64,000 bases of DNA from Bugula neritina (lineage: Eukaryota > Animalia > Bryozoa): the NCBI GenBank assembly GCA_964035545.1, contig OZ037768.1:14827675-14891674 (forward strand), written 5' to 3'. Position 1 is the first letter of the stretch. Every line of letters starts with the position of its first letter. Both the position numbers and the translations under genes were made by a program. The notes under the pieces are model-generated. The model did no database searches. It had not been told where the DNA came from and was given only the letters and a program-made list of their open reading frames with translations. Below are positions 15,501 through 31,330 of the stretch, in pieces.

Positions 15501-18500
15501 TAACCTACTGAAATATGTTGAAAACTACTGAAATATACTGCAACATAATGCAACATAATGAAAGATACTGCAACATACTGAAATAAACTGCAAGATACTG
15601 CAACATACTGAAAAACACTGCAACACACTGAAGTATACTGTAATATACAGAAATGTACTGTAAAATACTGAAATATACTTCAACATACTGAAAAATACCT
15701 AAAAATATTGAAACATACTGATATACACTGAAACATACTGAAATACACTGCAACACATTGGAATTTACTGCAACATACCGAAATATATGGTAACCTACTG
15801 AAGTATGTTGCAAACTACTGAAATATACTGCAACATACTGAAATACGCCGTAACATACTGAAATACACTGCAACATACTGAAATACACTGTAACATATTG
15901 AAATACACTGCAACACACTGAAATATACTGAAACATACCGAAATATATGGTAACCTACTGAAATATGTTGCAAACCACTGAAACATACTGCATCATCCTG
16001 CAACAAAATGAAATATACGGTAACACTGAAGCATACTGCAATTTACTGAAATATACTGTAACATACTAAGACATACTGCAACATACCGAAAAATATGGTA
16101 ACCTACTGAAATATGTTACAAACTACTGAAACATACTGCAACATACTGCAACATAATGAAATATACTGCAACATAATGAAATATACTGCAACATACTGAA
16201 AGATACTGCAAGTTACTGCAAAATACTGAAATACATTGTAAGATACCTAAATACACTGCAACATACTGCAACATACTGCAACATATTGAAATACACTGTA
16301 ACATATTGAAAAACACTGCAACACATTGAAATATACTGCAACATACTAAAACATACGGCAACATACTGAAATATACTGCGACACATTGAAATAAAGTGCA
16401 ACATACTGAAATATGCTGTAGCATACTGAAATACACTGCAATACACTGAAGTATACTGTAATATACAGAAACGTACTGTAACATACTGAAACATACGGCA
16501 ACATACTAAAATATACTGCGACACATTGAAACATACTGCAACATACTGAAATACACCAAAACATACTAAACTCCCCTGCAACATTCTGAAATACACTGTA
16601 ACACATTGAAATACACTGCAACACAGTGAATTGCACTGAAATACATTGTAAGATACGGAAACACACTGCAACATACTGCAACATAATGAAATATATGGTA
16701 ACCTACTGAAATATGTTGAAAACTACTGAAATATACTGCAACATTATGCAACATAATGAAAGATACTGCAATATACTGAAATAAACTGCAAGATACTGCA
16801 ACATACTGAAATACACTGTAACATACTGAAATACACTGTAACATATTGAAATACACTGCGACATACTGAAATACACTGCGACATACTGCAACATACTGAA
16901 AAACGCTGTAACATATTGAAATACACTGCAACACATTGAAATATTCCGCAACATACCGAGATATATGGTAAGCTAATGAGATATACTGTAACACGTTGAA
17001 GTACGCTGCAACATACTGAAATACACTGCAACACACTAAATTATACTGTAATTTACAGAAATGTACTGCAACATACTGAAATATACTGCAAGATACTGCA
17101 ACATACTGAAATACACTGTAACATACTGAAATACACTGCAACATACTGAAATATACTGCATGATACTGCAACATACTGATACACATTGTAAGATACTGAA
17201 ATGCACTGCAACATACTGAAATATACTGCATGATACTGCAACATACTCATACACATTGTGAGATACTGAAATACACTGCAACATACCGCAACATACTGCA
17301 ACGTATTGAATTACACTGTAACATATTGAAAAACACTGCAACACATTGAAACATACTGCAACATACTGAAACATACGGCAACATACTGAAATATACTGCG
17401 ACACATTGAAATATAGTGCAACATACTGAAATATGCTGTAGCATACTGAAATACACTGCAATACACTGAAGTATACTGTAATATACAGAAACGTACTGTA
17501 ACATACTGAAACATACGGCAACATACTACAATATACTGTGACACATTGAAGTATACTGCAACATACTGAAATACACCGTAACATACTGAAATACACTGCA
17601 ACATACTGAAATACACTGTAACATATTGAAATACACTGCAACACACTGAAATATACTGAAACATACCGAAATATATGGTAACCTACTGAAATATGTTGCA
17701 AACCACTGAAACATACTGCATCATCCTGCAACAAAATGAAATTTACGGTAACACTGAAGCATACTGCAATATACTGAAATATACTGTAACATACTAAGAC
17801 ATACTGCAACATACCGAAAAATATGGTAACCTACTGAAATATGTTACAAACTACTGAAACATACTGCAACATACTGCAACATAATGAAATATACTGCAAC
17901 AAACTGAAAGATACTGCAACATACTGAGATACACTATAGAATACCCAAATATACTGCAACATACTGAAATATACTGCAAGATACTGCAAAATACAGAAGT
18001 ACATTGTAAGATACCTAAATACACTGCAACATACTGCAACATACTGCAACATATTGAAATACACTGTAACATATTGAAAAACAGTGCAACACATTGAAAT
18101 ATACCGCAACATACCGAAGTATATGGTAGCCTACTGAAATATACTGCGACATACTGAAATACACTGTAACGTACTGAAATACACTGCAACATACTGAAAT
18201 ACACTGTAACAGATTAAAATACACTGCAACACACTGAAATATACTGAAACATACTGAAATATATGGTAACCCACTGAAATCTGTTGCAGACCACTGAAAT
18301 ATACTGCAACATACTGCAACATAATGAATAATACTGCAACATACTGAAAAATACTGCAAGATACTGCAACATACTGATACACATTGTAAGATACTGAAAT
18401 ACACTGCAACATACCGCAACATACTGCAACGTATTGAAATACACTGTAACATATTGAAAAACACTGCAACACATTGAAATATACTGCAACATACTGAAAC

Positions 18501-21500
18501 ATACGGCAACATACTGAAATATACTGCGACACATTGAAATATAGTGCAACATACTGAATTATGCTGTAGCATACTGAAATACACTGCAATACACTGAAAT
18601 ATACTGTAATATACAGATTCGTACTGTAACATACTGAAACATACGGCAACATACTAAAATATACTGCGACACATTGAAATATACTGCAACATCCTGAAAT
18701 ACACCGTAACATACTAAACTCCACTGCAACATTCTGAAATACACTGTAACACATTGAAATACACTGCAACACAGGGAATTATACTGAAATACATTGTAAG
18801 ATACGGAAACACACTGCAACATACTGTAACATAATGAAATATAAGGTAACCTACTGAAATATGTTGAAAACTACTGAAATATACTGCAACATAATGCAAC
18901 ATAATGAAAGATACTGCAACATACTGAAATAAACTGCAAAATACTGCAACATACTGAAATTCACTGCAACACACTGAAGTATACTGTAATATACAGAAAT
19001 GTACTGTAAAATACTGAAATATACTTCAACATACTGAAAAATATCTAAAAATATTGAAACATACTGATATACACTGAAACATACTGAAATACACTGCAAC
19101 ACATTGGAATATACTGCAACATACCGAAATATATGGTAACCTACTGAAGTATGTTGCAAACTACTGAAATATACTGCAACATACTGAAATACGCCGTAAC
19201 ATACCGAAATACACTGCAACATACTGAAATACACTGTAACATATTGAAATACACTGCAACACACTGAAATATACTGAAACATACCGAAATATATGGTAAC
19301 CTACTGAAATATGTTGCAAACCACTGAAACATACTGCATCATCCTGAAACAAAATGAAATATACGGTAACACTGAAGCATACTGCAATTTACTAAAATAT
19401 ACTGTAACATACTAAGACATACTGCAACATACCGAAAAATATGGTAACCTACTGAAATATGTCACAAACTACTGAAACATACTGCAACATACTGCAACAT
19501 AATGAAATATACTGCAACATAATGAAATATACTGCAACATACTGAAAGATACTGCAAGTTACTGCAAAATACTGAAATACATTGTAAGATACCTAAATAC
19601 ACTGCAACATACTGCAACATACTGCAAGGTATTGAAATACACTGTAACATATTGAAAAACACTGCAACACATTGAAATATACTGCAACATACTAAAACAT
19701 ACGGCAACATACTGAAATATACTGCGACACATTGAAATATAGTGCAACATACTGAAATATGCTGTAGCATACTGAAATACACTGCAATACACTGAAGTAT
19801 ACTGTAATATACAGAAACGTACTGTAACATACTGAAACATACGGCAACATACTAAAATATACTGCGACACATTGAAACATACTGCAACATACTGAAATAC
19901 ACCAAAACATACTAAACTCCCCTGCAACATTCTGAAATACACTGTAACACATTGAAATACACTGCAACACAATGAATTGCACTGAAATACATTGTAAGAT
20001 TTGGAAACACACTGCAACATACTGCAACATAATGAAATATATGGTAACCTACTGAAATATGTTGAAAACTACTGAAATATACTGCAACATTATGCAACAT
20101 AATGAAAGATACTGCAATATACTGAAATAAACTGCAAGATACTGCAACATACTGAAATACACTGTAACATACTGAAATACACTGTAACATATTGAAATAT
20201 ATGGTAACCCACTGAAATATGTTGCAAACCACTGAAATATACTGCAACATACTGCAACATAATGAAGTATACTGCAACAGACTGAAATATACGGCAAGAA
20301 ACTGCAACACACTGAATTACACTGTAACATACTGAAGTACACTGCAACATACTGAAATATACTGCATGATACTGCAACATACTGATACACATTGTAAGAT
20401 ACTGAAATACACTGCAACATACCGCAACATACTGCAACGTATTGAAATACACTGTAACATATTGAAAAACACTGCAACACATTGAAATATACTGCAACAT
20501 ACTGAAACATAAGGCAACATACTGAAATATACTGCGACACATTGAAATATAGTGCAACATACTGCAAGATACTGCAACATACTGAAATACACTGCAACAC
20601 ACTGAAGTATACTGTAATATACAGAATTGTACTGTAAAATACTGAAATATACTTCAACATACTGAAAACTACCTAAAAATATTGAAACATACTGATATAC
20701 ACTGAAACATACTGAAATACACTGCAACACATTGGAATATACTGCAACATACTGAAATATATGGTAACCTACTGAAGTATGTTGCAAACAACTGAAATAT
20801 ACTGCAACATACTGAAATACGCCGTAACATACTGAAATACACTGCAACATACTGAAATACACTGTAACAAATTGAAATACACTGCAACACACTGAAATAC
20901 ACTGAAACATACCGAAATATAAGGTAAACTACTGAAACATGTTGCAAACCACTGAAACATACTGCATAATCCTGCAACAAAATGAAATAAACGGTAACAC
21001 TGAAGCATACTGCAATATACTGAAATATACTGTAACATACTAAGACATACTGCAACATACCGAAATATATGGTAACCTACTGAAATATGTTGCAAACGAC
21101 TGAAATATACTGCAACATACTGCAACATAATGAATAATACTGCAACATACTGAAAAATACTGCAAGATACTGCAACATACTGATACACGTTGTAAGATAC
21201 TGAAATACACTGCAACATACCGCAACATACTGCAACGTATTGAAATACACTGTAACATATTGAAAAACACTGCAACACATTGAAATATACTGCAACATAC
21301 TGAAACATACGGCAACATACTGAAATATACTGCGACACATTGAAATATAGTGCAACATACTGAAATATGCTGTAGCATACTGAAATACACTGCAATACAC
21401 TGAAATATACTGTAATATACAGATTCGTACTGTAACATACTGAAACATACGGCAACATACTAAAATATACTGCGACACATTGAAATATACTGCAACATAC

Positions 21501-21960
21501 TGAAATACACCGTAACATACTAAACTCCACTGCAACATTCTGAAATACACTGTAACACATTGAAATACACTGCAACACAGGGAATTATACTGAAATACAT
21601 TGTAAGATACGGAAACACACTGCAACATACTGTAACATAATGAAATATAAGGTAACCTACTGAAATATGTTGAAAACTACTGAAATATACTGCAACATAA
21701 TGCAACATAATGAAAGATACTGCAACATACTGAAATAAACTGCAAGATACTGCAACATACTGAAATACACTGCAACACACTGAAGTATACTGTAATATAC
21801 AGAAATGTACTGTAAAATACTGAAATATACTTCAACATACTGAAAAACACCTAAAAATATTGAAACATACTGATATACACTGAAACATACTGAAATACAC
21901 TGCAACACATTGGAATATACTGCAACATACCGAAATATACGGTAACCTACTGAAATATGT
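590..21960. repeat. ~10.2-kb direct duplication with 11,124-bp offset (~590-10,840 vs ~11,665-21,960)
   Basis: Matching ORFs are offset by exactly 11,124: 1109/12233, 1904/13028, 4381/15505, 5912/17036, 8925/20049, 10533/21657. Shared private variants include CACTGGGACTT (~4300/15425), GTAAGATTTGG (~8870/19994) and CAAGGTATT (8501/19625). The offset is 11,074 left of a 50-bp indel near 970. Confidence 0.93.
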
Positions 21961-24900
21961 TGCAAACCACTAAAGCATACTGCATCATCCTGCAACAAAA
22001 TGAAATTTACGGTAACACTGAAGCATACTGCAATATACTGAAATATACTGTAACATACTAAGACATACTGCAACATACCGAAAAATATGGTAACCTACTG
22101 AAATATGTTACAAACTACTGAAACATACTGCAAGATACTGCAACATAATGAAATATACTGCAACAAACTGAAAGATACTGCAACATACTGAAATACACTA
22201 TAGAATACCCAAATATACTGCAACATACTGAAATATACTGCAAGATACTGCAAAATACTGAAGTACATTGTAATATACCTAAATACACTGCAACATACTG
22301 CAACATACTGCAACATATTGAAATACACTGTAACATATTGAAAAACAGTGCAACACATTGAAATATACCGCAACATACCGAAGTATATGGTAGCCTACTG
22401 AAATATACTGCGACATACTGAAATACACTGTAACGTACTGAAATACACTGCAACATACTGAAATACACTGTAACAGATTAAAGTACACTGCAACACACTG
22501 AAATATACTGAAACATACTGAAATATATGGTAACCCACTGAAATCTGTTGCAGACCACTGAAATATACTGCAACATACTGCAACATAATGAATAATACTG
22601 CAACATACTGAAAAATACTGCAAGATACTGCAACATACTGATACACATTGTAAGATACTGAAATACACTGCAACATACCGCAACATACTGCAACGTATTG
22701 AAATACACTGTAACATATTGAAAAACACTGCAACACATTGAAATATACTGCAACATACTGAAACATACGGCAACATACTGAAATATACTGCGACACATTG
22801 AAATATAGTGCAACATACTGAAATATGCTGTAGCATACTGAAATACACTGCAATACACTGAAATATACTGTAATATACAGATTCGTACTGTAACATACTG
22901 AAACATACGGCAACATATTAAAATATACTGCGACACATTGAAATATACTGCAACATACTGAAATACACCGTAACATACTAAACTCCACTGCAACATTCTG
23001 AAATACACTGTAACACATTGAAATACACTGCAACACAGGGAATTATACTGAAATACATTGTAAGATACGGAAACACACTGCAACATACTGTAACATAATG
23101 AAATATAAGGTAACCTACTGAAATATGTTGAAAACTACTGAAATATACTGCAACATAATGCAACATAATGAAAGATACTGCAACATACTGAAATAAACTG
23201 CAAGATACTGCAACATACTGAAATACACTGCAACACACTGAAGTATACTGTAATATACAGAAATGTACTGTAAAATACTGAAATATACTTCAACACACTG
23301 AAAAATACCTAAAAATATTGAAACATACTGATATACACTGAAACATACTGAAATACACTGCAACACATTGGAATATACTGCAACATACCGAAATATATGG
23401 TAACCTACTGAAGTATGTTGCAAACTACTGAAATATACTGCAACATACTGAAATACGCCGTAACATACTGAAATACACTGCAACATACTGAAATACACTG
23501 TAACATATTGAAATACACTGCAACACACTGAAATATACTGAAACATACCGAAATATATGGTAACCTACTGAAATATGTTGCAAACCACTGAAACATACTG
23601 CATCATCCTGCAACAAAATGAAATATACGGTAACACTGAAGTATACTGCAATTTACTGAAATATACTGTAACATACTAAGACATACTGCAACATACCGAA
23701 AAATATGGTAACCTACTGAAATATGTTACAAACTACTGAAACATACTGCAACATACTGCAACATAATGAAATATACTGCAACATAATGAAATATACTGCA
23801 ACATACTGAAAGATACTGCAAGTTACTGCAAAATACTGAAATACATTGTAAGATACCTAAATACACTGCAACATACTGCAACATACTGCAACGTATTGAA
23901 ATACACTGTAACATATTGAAAAACACTGCAACACATTGAAATATACTGCAACATACTAAAACATACGGCAACACACTGAAATATACTGCGACACATTGAA
24001 ATATAGTGCAACATACTGAAATATGCTGTAGCATACTGAAATACACTGCAATACACTGAAGTATACTGTAATATACAGAAACGTACTGTAACATACTGAA
24101 ACATACGGCAACATACTAAAATATACTGCGACACATTGAAACATACTGCAACATACTGAAATACACCAAAACATAATAAACTCCCCTGCAACATTCTGAA
24201 ATACACTGTAACACATTGAAATACACTGCAACACAGTGAATTGCACTGAAATACATTGTAAGATATGGAAACACACTGCAACATACTGCAACATAATGAA
24301 ATATATGGTAACCTACTGAAATATGTTGAAAACTACTGAAATATACTGCAACATTATGCAACATAATGAAAGATACTGCAATATACTAAATAAACTGCAA
24401 GATACTGCAACATACTGAAATACACTGTAACATACTGAAATACACTGTAACATATTGAAATACACTGCGACATACTGAAATACACTGCGACATACTGCAA
24501 CATACTGAAAAACGCTGTAACATATTGAAATACACTGCAACACATTGAAATATTCCGCAACATACCGAGATATATGGTAAGCTAATGAGATATACTGTAA
24601 CACGTTGAAGTACACTGCAACATACTGAAATACACTGCAACACACTAAATTATACTGTAATTTACAGAAATGTACTGCAACATACTGAAATATACTGCAA
24701 GATACTGCAACATACTGAAATACACTGTAACATACTGAAAAACATTGCAACATACTGAAATATACTGCATGATACTGCAACATACTGATACACATTGTAA
24801 GATACTGAAATGCACTGCAACATACTGAAATATACTGCATGATACTGCAACATACTCATACACATTGTAAGATACTGAAATACACTGCAACATACCGCAA

Positions 24901-27900
24901 CATACTGCAACGTATTGAATTACACTGTAACATATTGAAAAACACTGCAACACATTGAAACATACTGCAACATACTGAAACATACGGCAACATACTGAAA
25001 TATACTGCGACACATTGAAATATAGTGCAACATACTGAAATATGCTGTAGCATACTGAAATACACTGCAATACACTGAAGTATACTGTAATATACAGAAA
25101 CGTACTGTAACATACTGAAACATACGGCAACATACTACAATATACTGTGACACATTGAAGTATACTGCAACATACTGAAATACACCGTAACATACTGAAA
25201 TACACTGCAACATACTGAAATACACTGTAACATATTGAAATACACTGCAACACACTGAAATATACTGAAACATACCGAAATATATGGTAACCTACTGAAA
25301 TATGTTGCAAACCACTGAAACATACTGCATCATCCTGCAACAAAATGAAATTTACGGTAACACTGAAGCATACTGCAATATACTGAAATATACTGTAACA
25401 TACTAAGACATACTGCAACATACCGAAAAATATGGTAACCTACTGAAATATGTTACAAACTACTGAAACATACTGCAACATACTGCAACATAATGAAATA
25501 TACTGCAACAAACTGAAAGATACTGCAACATACTGAAATACACTATAGAATACCCAAATATACTGCAACATACTGAAATATACTGCAAGATACTGCAAAA
25601 TACTGAAGTACATTGTAAGATACCTAAATACACTGCAACATACTGCAACATACTGCAACATATTGAAATACACTGTAACATATTGAAAAACAGTGCAACA
25701 CATTGAAATATCCCGCAACATACCGAAGTATATGGTAGCCTACTGAAATATACTGCGACATACTGAAATACACTGTAACGTACTGAAATACACTGCAACA
25801 TACTGAAATACACTGTAACAGATTAAAATACACTGCAACACACTGAAATATACTGAAACATACTGAAATATATGGTAACGCACTGAAATCTTTTGCAGAC
25901 CACTGAAATATACTGCAACATACTGCAACATAATGAATAATACTGCAACATACTGAAAAATACTGCAAGATACTGCAACATACTGATAGACATTGTAAGA
26001 TACTGAAATACACTGCAACATACCGCAACATACTGCAACGTATTGAAATACACTGTAACATATTGAAAAACACTGCAACACATTGAAATATACTGCAACA
26101 TACTGAAACATACGGCAACATACTGAAATATACTGCGACACATTGAAATATAGTGCAACATACTGAAATATGCTGTAGCATACTGAAATACACTGCAATA
26201 CACTGAAATATACTGTAATATACAGATTCGTACTGTAACATACTGAAACATACGGCAACATACTAAAATATACTGCGACACATTGCAATATACTGCAACA
26301 TACTGAAATACACCGTAACATACTAAACTCCACTGCAACATTCTGAAATACACTGTAACACATTGAAATACACTGCAACACAGGGAATTATACTGAAATA
26401 CATTGTAAGATACGGAAACACACTGCAACATACTGTAACATAATGAAATATAAGGTAACCTACTGAAATATGTTGAAAACTACTGAAATATACTGCAACA
26501 TAATGCAACATAATGAAAGATACTGCAACATACTGAAATAAACTGCAAGATACTGCAACATACTGAAATACACTGCAACACACTGAAGTATACTGTAATA
26601 TACAGAAATGTACTGTAAAATACTGAAATATACTTCAACATACTGAAAAACACCTAAAAATATTGAAACATACTGATATACACTGAAACATACTGAAATA
26701 CACTGCAACACATTGGAATATACTGCAACATACCGAAATATACGGTAACCTACTGAAATATGTTGCAAACCACTAAAGCATACTGCATCATCCTGCAACA
26801 AAATGAAATTTACGGTAACACTGAAGCATACTGCAATATACTGAAATATACTGTAACATACTAAGACATACTGCAACATACCGAAAAATATGGTAACCTA
26901 CTGAAATATGTTACAAACTACTGAAACATACTGCAAGATACTGCAACATAATGAAATATACTGCAACAAACTGAAAGATACTGCAACATACTGAAATACA
27001 CTATAGAATACCCAAATATACTGCAACATACTGAAATATACTGCAAGATACTGCAAAATACTGAAGTACATTGTAATATACCTAAATACACTGCAACATA
27101 CTGCAACATACTGCAACATATTGAAATACACTGTAACATATTGAAAAACAGTGCAACACATTGAAATATACCGCAACATACCGAAGTATATGGTAGCCTA
27201 CTGAAATATACTGCGACATACTGAAATACACTGTAACGTACTGAAATACACTGCAACATACTGAAATACACTGTAACAGATTAAAGTACACTGCAACACA
27301 CTGAAATATACTGAAACATACTGAAATATATGGTAACCCACTGAAATCTGTTGCAGACCACTGAAATATACTGCAACATACTGCAACATAATGAATAATA
27401 CTGCAACATACTGAAAAATACTGCAAGATACTGCAACATACTGATACACATTGTAAGATACTGAAATACACTGCAACATACCGCAACATACTGCAACGTA
27501 TTGAAATACACTGTAACATATTGAAAAACACTGCAACACATTGAAATATACTGCAACATACTGAAACATACGGCAACATACTGAAATATACTGCGACACA
27601 TTGAAATATAGTGCAACATACTGAAATATGCTGTAGCATACTGAAATACACTGCAATACACTGAAATATACTGTAATATACAGATTCGTACTGTAACATA
27701 CTGAAACATACGGCAACATATTAAAATATACTGCGACACATTGAAATATACTGCAACATACTGAAATACACCGTAACATACTAAACTCCACTGCAACATT
27801 CTGAAATACACTGTAACACATTGAAATACACTGCAACACAGGGAATTATACTGAAATACATTGTAAGATACGGAAACACACTGCAACATACTGTAACATA

Positions 27901-30900
27901 ATGAAATATAAGGTAACCTACTGAAATATGTTGAAAACTACTGAAATATACTGCAACATAATGCAACATAATGAAAGATACTGCAACATACTGAAATAAA
28001 CTGCAAGATACTGCAACATACTGAAATACACTGCAACACACTGAAGTATACTGTAATATACAGAAATGTACTGTAAAATACTGAAATATACTTCAACACA
28101 CTGAAAAATACCTAAAAATATTGAAACATACTGATATACACTGAAACATACTGAAATACACTGCAACACATTGGAATATACTGCAACATACCGAAATATA
28201 TGGTAACCTACTGAAGTATGTTGCAAACTACTGAAATATACTGCAACATACTGAAATACGCCGTAACATACTGAAATACACTGCAACATACTGAAATACA
28301 CTGTAACATATTGAAATACACTGCAACACACTGAAATATACTGAAACATACCGAAATATATGGTAACCTACTGAAATATGTTGCAAACCACTGAAACATA
28401 CTGCATCATCCTGCAACAAAATGAAATATACGGTAACACTGAAGCATACTGCAATTTACTGAAATATACTGTAACATACTAAGACATACTGCAACATACC
28501 GAAAAATATGGTAACCTACTGAAATATGTTACAAACTACTGAAACATACTGCAACATACTGCAACATAATGAAATATACTGCAACATAATGAAATATACT
28601 GCAACATACTGAAAGATACTGCAAGTTACTGCAAAATACTGAAATACATTGTAAGATACCTAAATACACTGCAACATACTGCAACATACTGCAACGTATT
28701 GAAATACACTGTAACATATTGAAAAACACTGCAACACATTGAAATATACTGCAACATACTAAAACATACGGCAACACACTGAAATATACTGCGACACATT
28801 GAAATATAGTGCAACATACTGAAATATGCTGTAGCATACTGAAATACACTGCAATACACTGAAGTATACTGTAATATACAGAAACGTACTGTAACATACT
28901 GAAACATACGGCAACATACTAAAATAGACTGCGACACATTGAAACATACTGCAACATACTGAAATACACCAAAACATAATAAACTCCCCTGCAACATTCT
29001 GAAATACACTGTAACACATTGAAATACACTGCAACACAGTGAATTGCACTGAAATACATTGTAAGATATGGAAACACACTGCAACATACTGCAACATAAT
29101 GAAATATATGGTAACCTACTGAAATATGTTGAAAACTACTGAAATATACTGCAACATTATGCAACATAATGAAAGATACTGCAATATACTAAATAAACTG
29201 CAAGATACTGCAACATACTGAAATACACTGTAACATACTGAAATACACTGTAACATATTGAAATACACTGCGACATACTGAAATACACTGCGACATACTG
29301 CAACATACTGAAAAACGCTGTAACATATTGAAATACACTGCAACACATTGAAATATTCCGCAACATACCGAGATATATGGTAAGCTAATGAGATATACTG
29401 TAACACGTTGAAGTACACTGCAACATACTGAAATACACTGCAACACACTAAATTATACTGTAATTTACAGAAATGTACTGCAACATACTGAAATATACTG
29501 CAAGATACTGCAACATACTGAAATACACTGTAACATACTGAAAAACATTGCAACATACTGAAATATACTGCATGATACTGCAACATACTGATACACATTG
29601 TAAGATACTGAAATGCACTGCAACATACTGAAATATACTGCATGATACTGCAACATACTCATACACATTGTAAGATACTGAAATACACTGCAACATACCG
29701 CAACATACTGCAACGTATTGAATTACACTGTAACATATTGAAAAACACTGCAACACATTGAAACATACTGCAACATACTGAAACATACGGCAACATACTG
29801 AAATATACTGCGACACATTGAAATATAGTGCAACATACTGAAATATGCTGTAGCATACTGAAATACACTGCAATACACTGAAGTATACTGTAATATACAG
29901 AAACGTACTGTAACATACTGAAACATACGGCAACATACTACAATATACTGTGACACATTGAAGTATACTGCAACATACTGAAATACACCGTAACATACTG
30001 AAATACACTGCAACATACTGAAATACACTGTAACATATTGAAATACACTGCAACACACTGAAACATACTGAAACATACCGAAATATATGGTAACCTACTG
30101 AAATATGTTGCAAACCACTGAAACATACTGCATCATCCTGCAACAAAATGAAATTTACGGTAACACTGAAGCATACTGCAATATACTGAAATATACTGTA
30201 ACATACTAAGACATACTGCAACATACCGAAAAATATGGTAACCTACTGAAATATGTTACAAACTACTGAAACATACTGCAACATACTGCAACATAATGAA
30301 ATATACTGCAACAAACTGAAAGATACTGCAACATACTGAAATACACTATAGAATACCCAAATATACTGCAACATACTGAAATATACTGCAAGATACTGCA
30401 AAATACTGAAGTACATTGTAAGATACCTAAATACACTGCAACATACTGCAACATACTGCAACATATTGAAATACACTGTAACATATTGAAAAACAGTGCA
30501 ACACATTGAAATATCCCGCAACATACCGAAGTATATGGTAGCCTACTGAAATATACTGCGACATACTGAAATACACTGTAACGTACTGAAATACACTGCA
30601 ACATACTGAAATACACTGTAACAGATTAAAATACACTGCAACACACTGAAATATACTGAAACATACTGAAATATATGGTAACGCACTGAAATCTTTTGCA
30701 GACCACTGAAATATACTGCAACATACTGCAACATAATGAATAATACTGCAACATACTGAAAAATACTGCAAGATACTGCAACATACTGATAGACATTGTA
30801 AGATACTGAAATACACTGCAACATACCGCAACATACTGCAACGTATTGAAATACACTGTAACATATTGAAAAACACTGCAACACATTGAAATATACTGCA

Positions 30901-31330
30901 ACATACTGAAACATACGGCAACATACTGAAATATACTGCGACACATTGAAATATAGTGCAACATACTGAAATATGCTGTAGCATACTGAAATACACTGCA
31001 ATACACTGAAATATACTGTAATATACAGATTCGTACTGTAACATACTGAAACATACGGCAACATACTAAAATATACTGCGACACATTGCAATATACTGCA
31101 ACATACTGAAATACACCGTAACATACTAAACTCCACTGCAACATTCTGAAATACACTGTAACACATTGAAATACACTGCAACACAGGGAATTATACTGAA
31201 ATACATTGTAAGATACGGAAACACACTGCAACATACTGTAACATAATGAAGTATAAGGTAACCTACTGAAATATGTTGAAAACTACTGAAATATACTGCA
31301 ACATAATGCAACATAATGAAAGATACTGCA
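21830..31330. repeat. Near-identical tandem duplication of a 4,803-bp unit (3,345 + 1,458)
   Basis: ORF offsets 22095/26898, 23115/27918, 24645/29448 and 25440/30243 are all 4,803. Private shared variants: CACTAAAGCAT (~21968/26771), 1-bp deletion ATACTAAATAAACT (~24383/29186), GGTAACGCACTGAAATCTTTTGCAG (~25874/30677). Confidence 0.93.
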
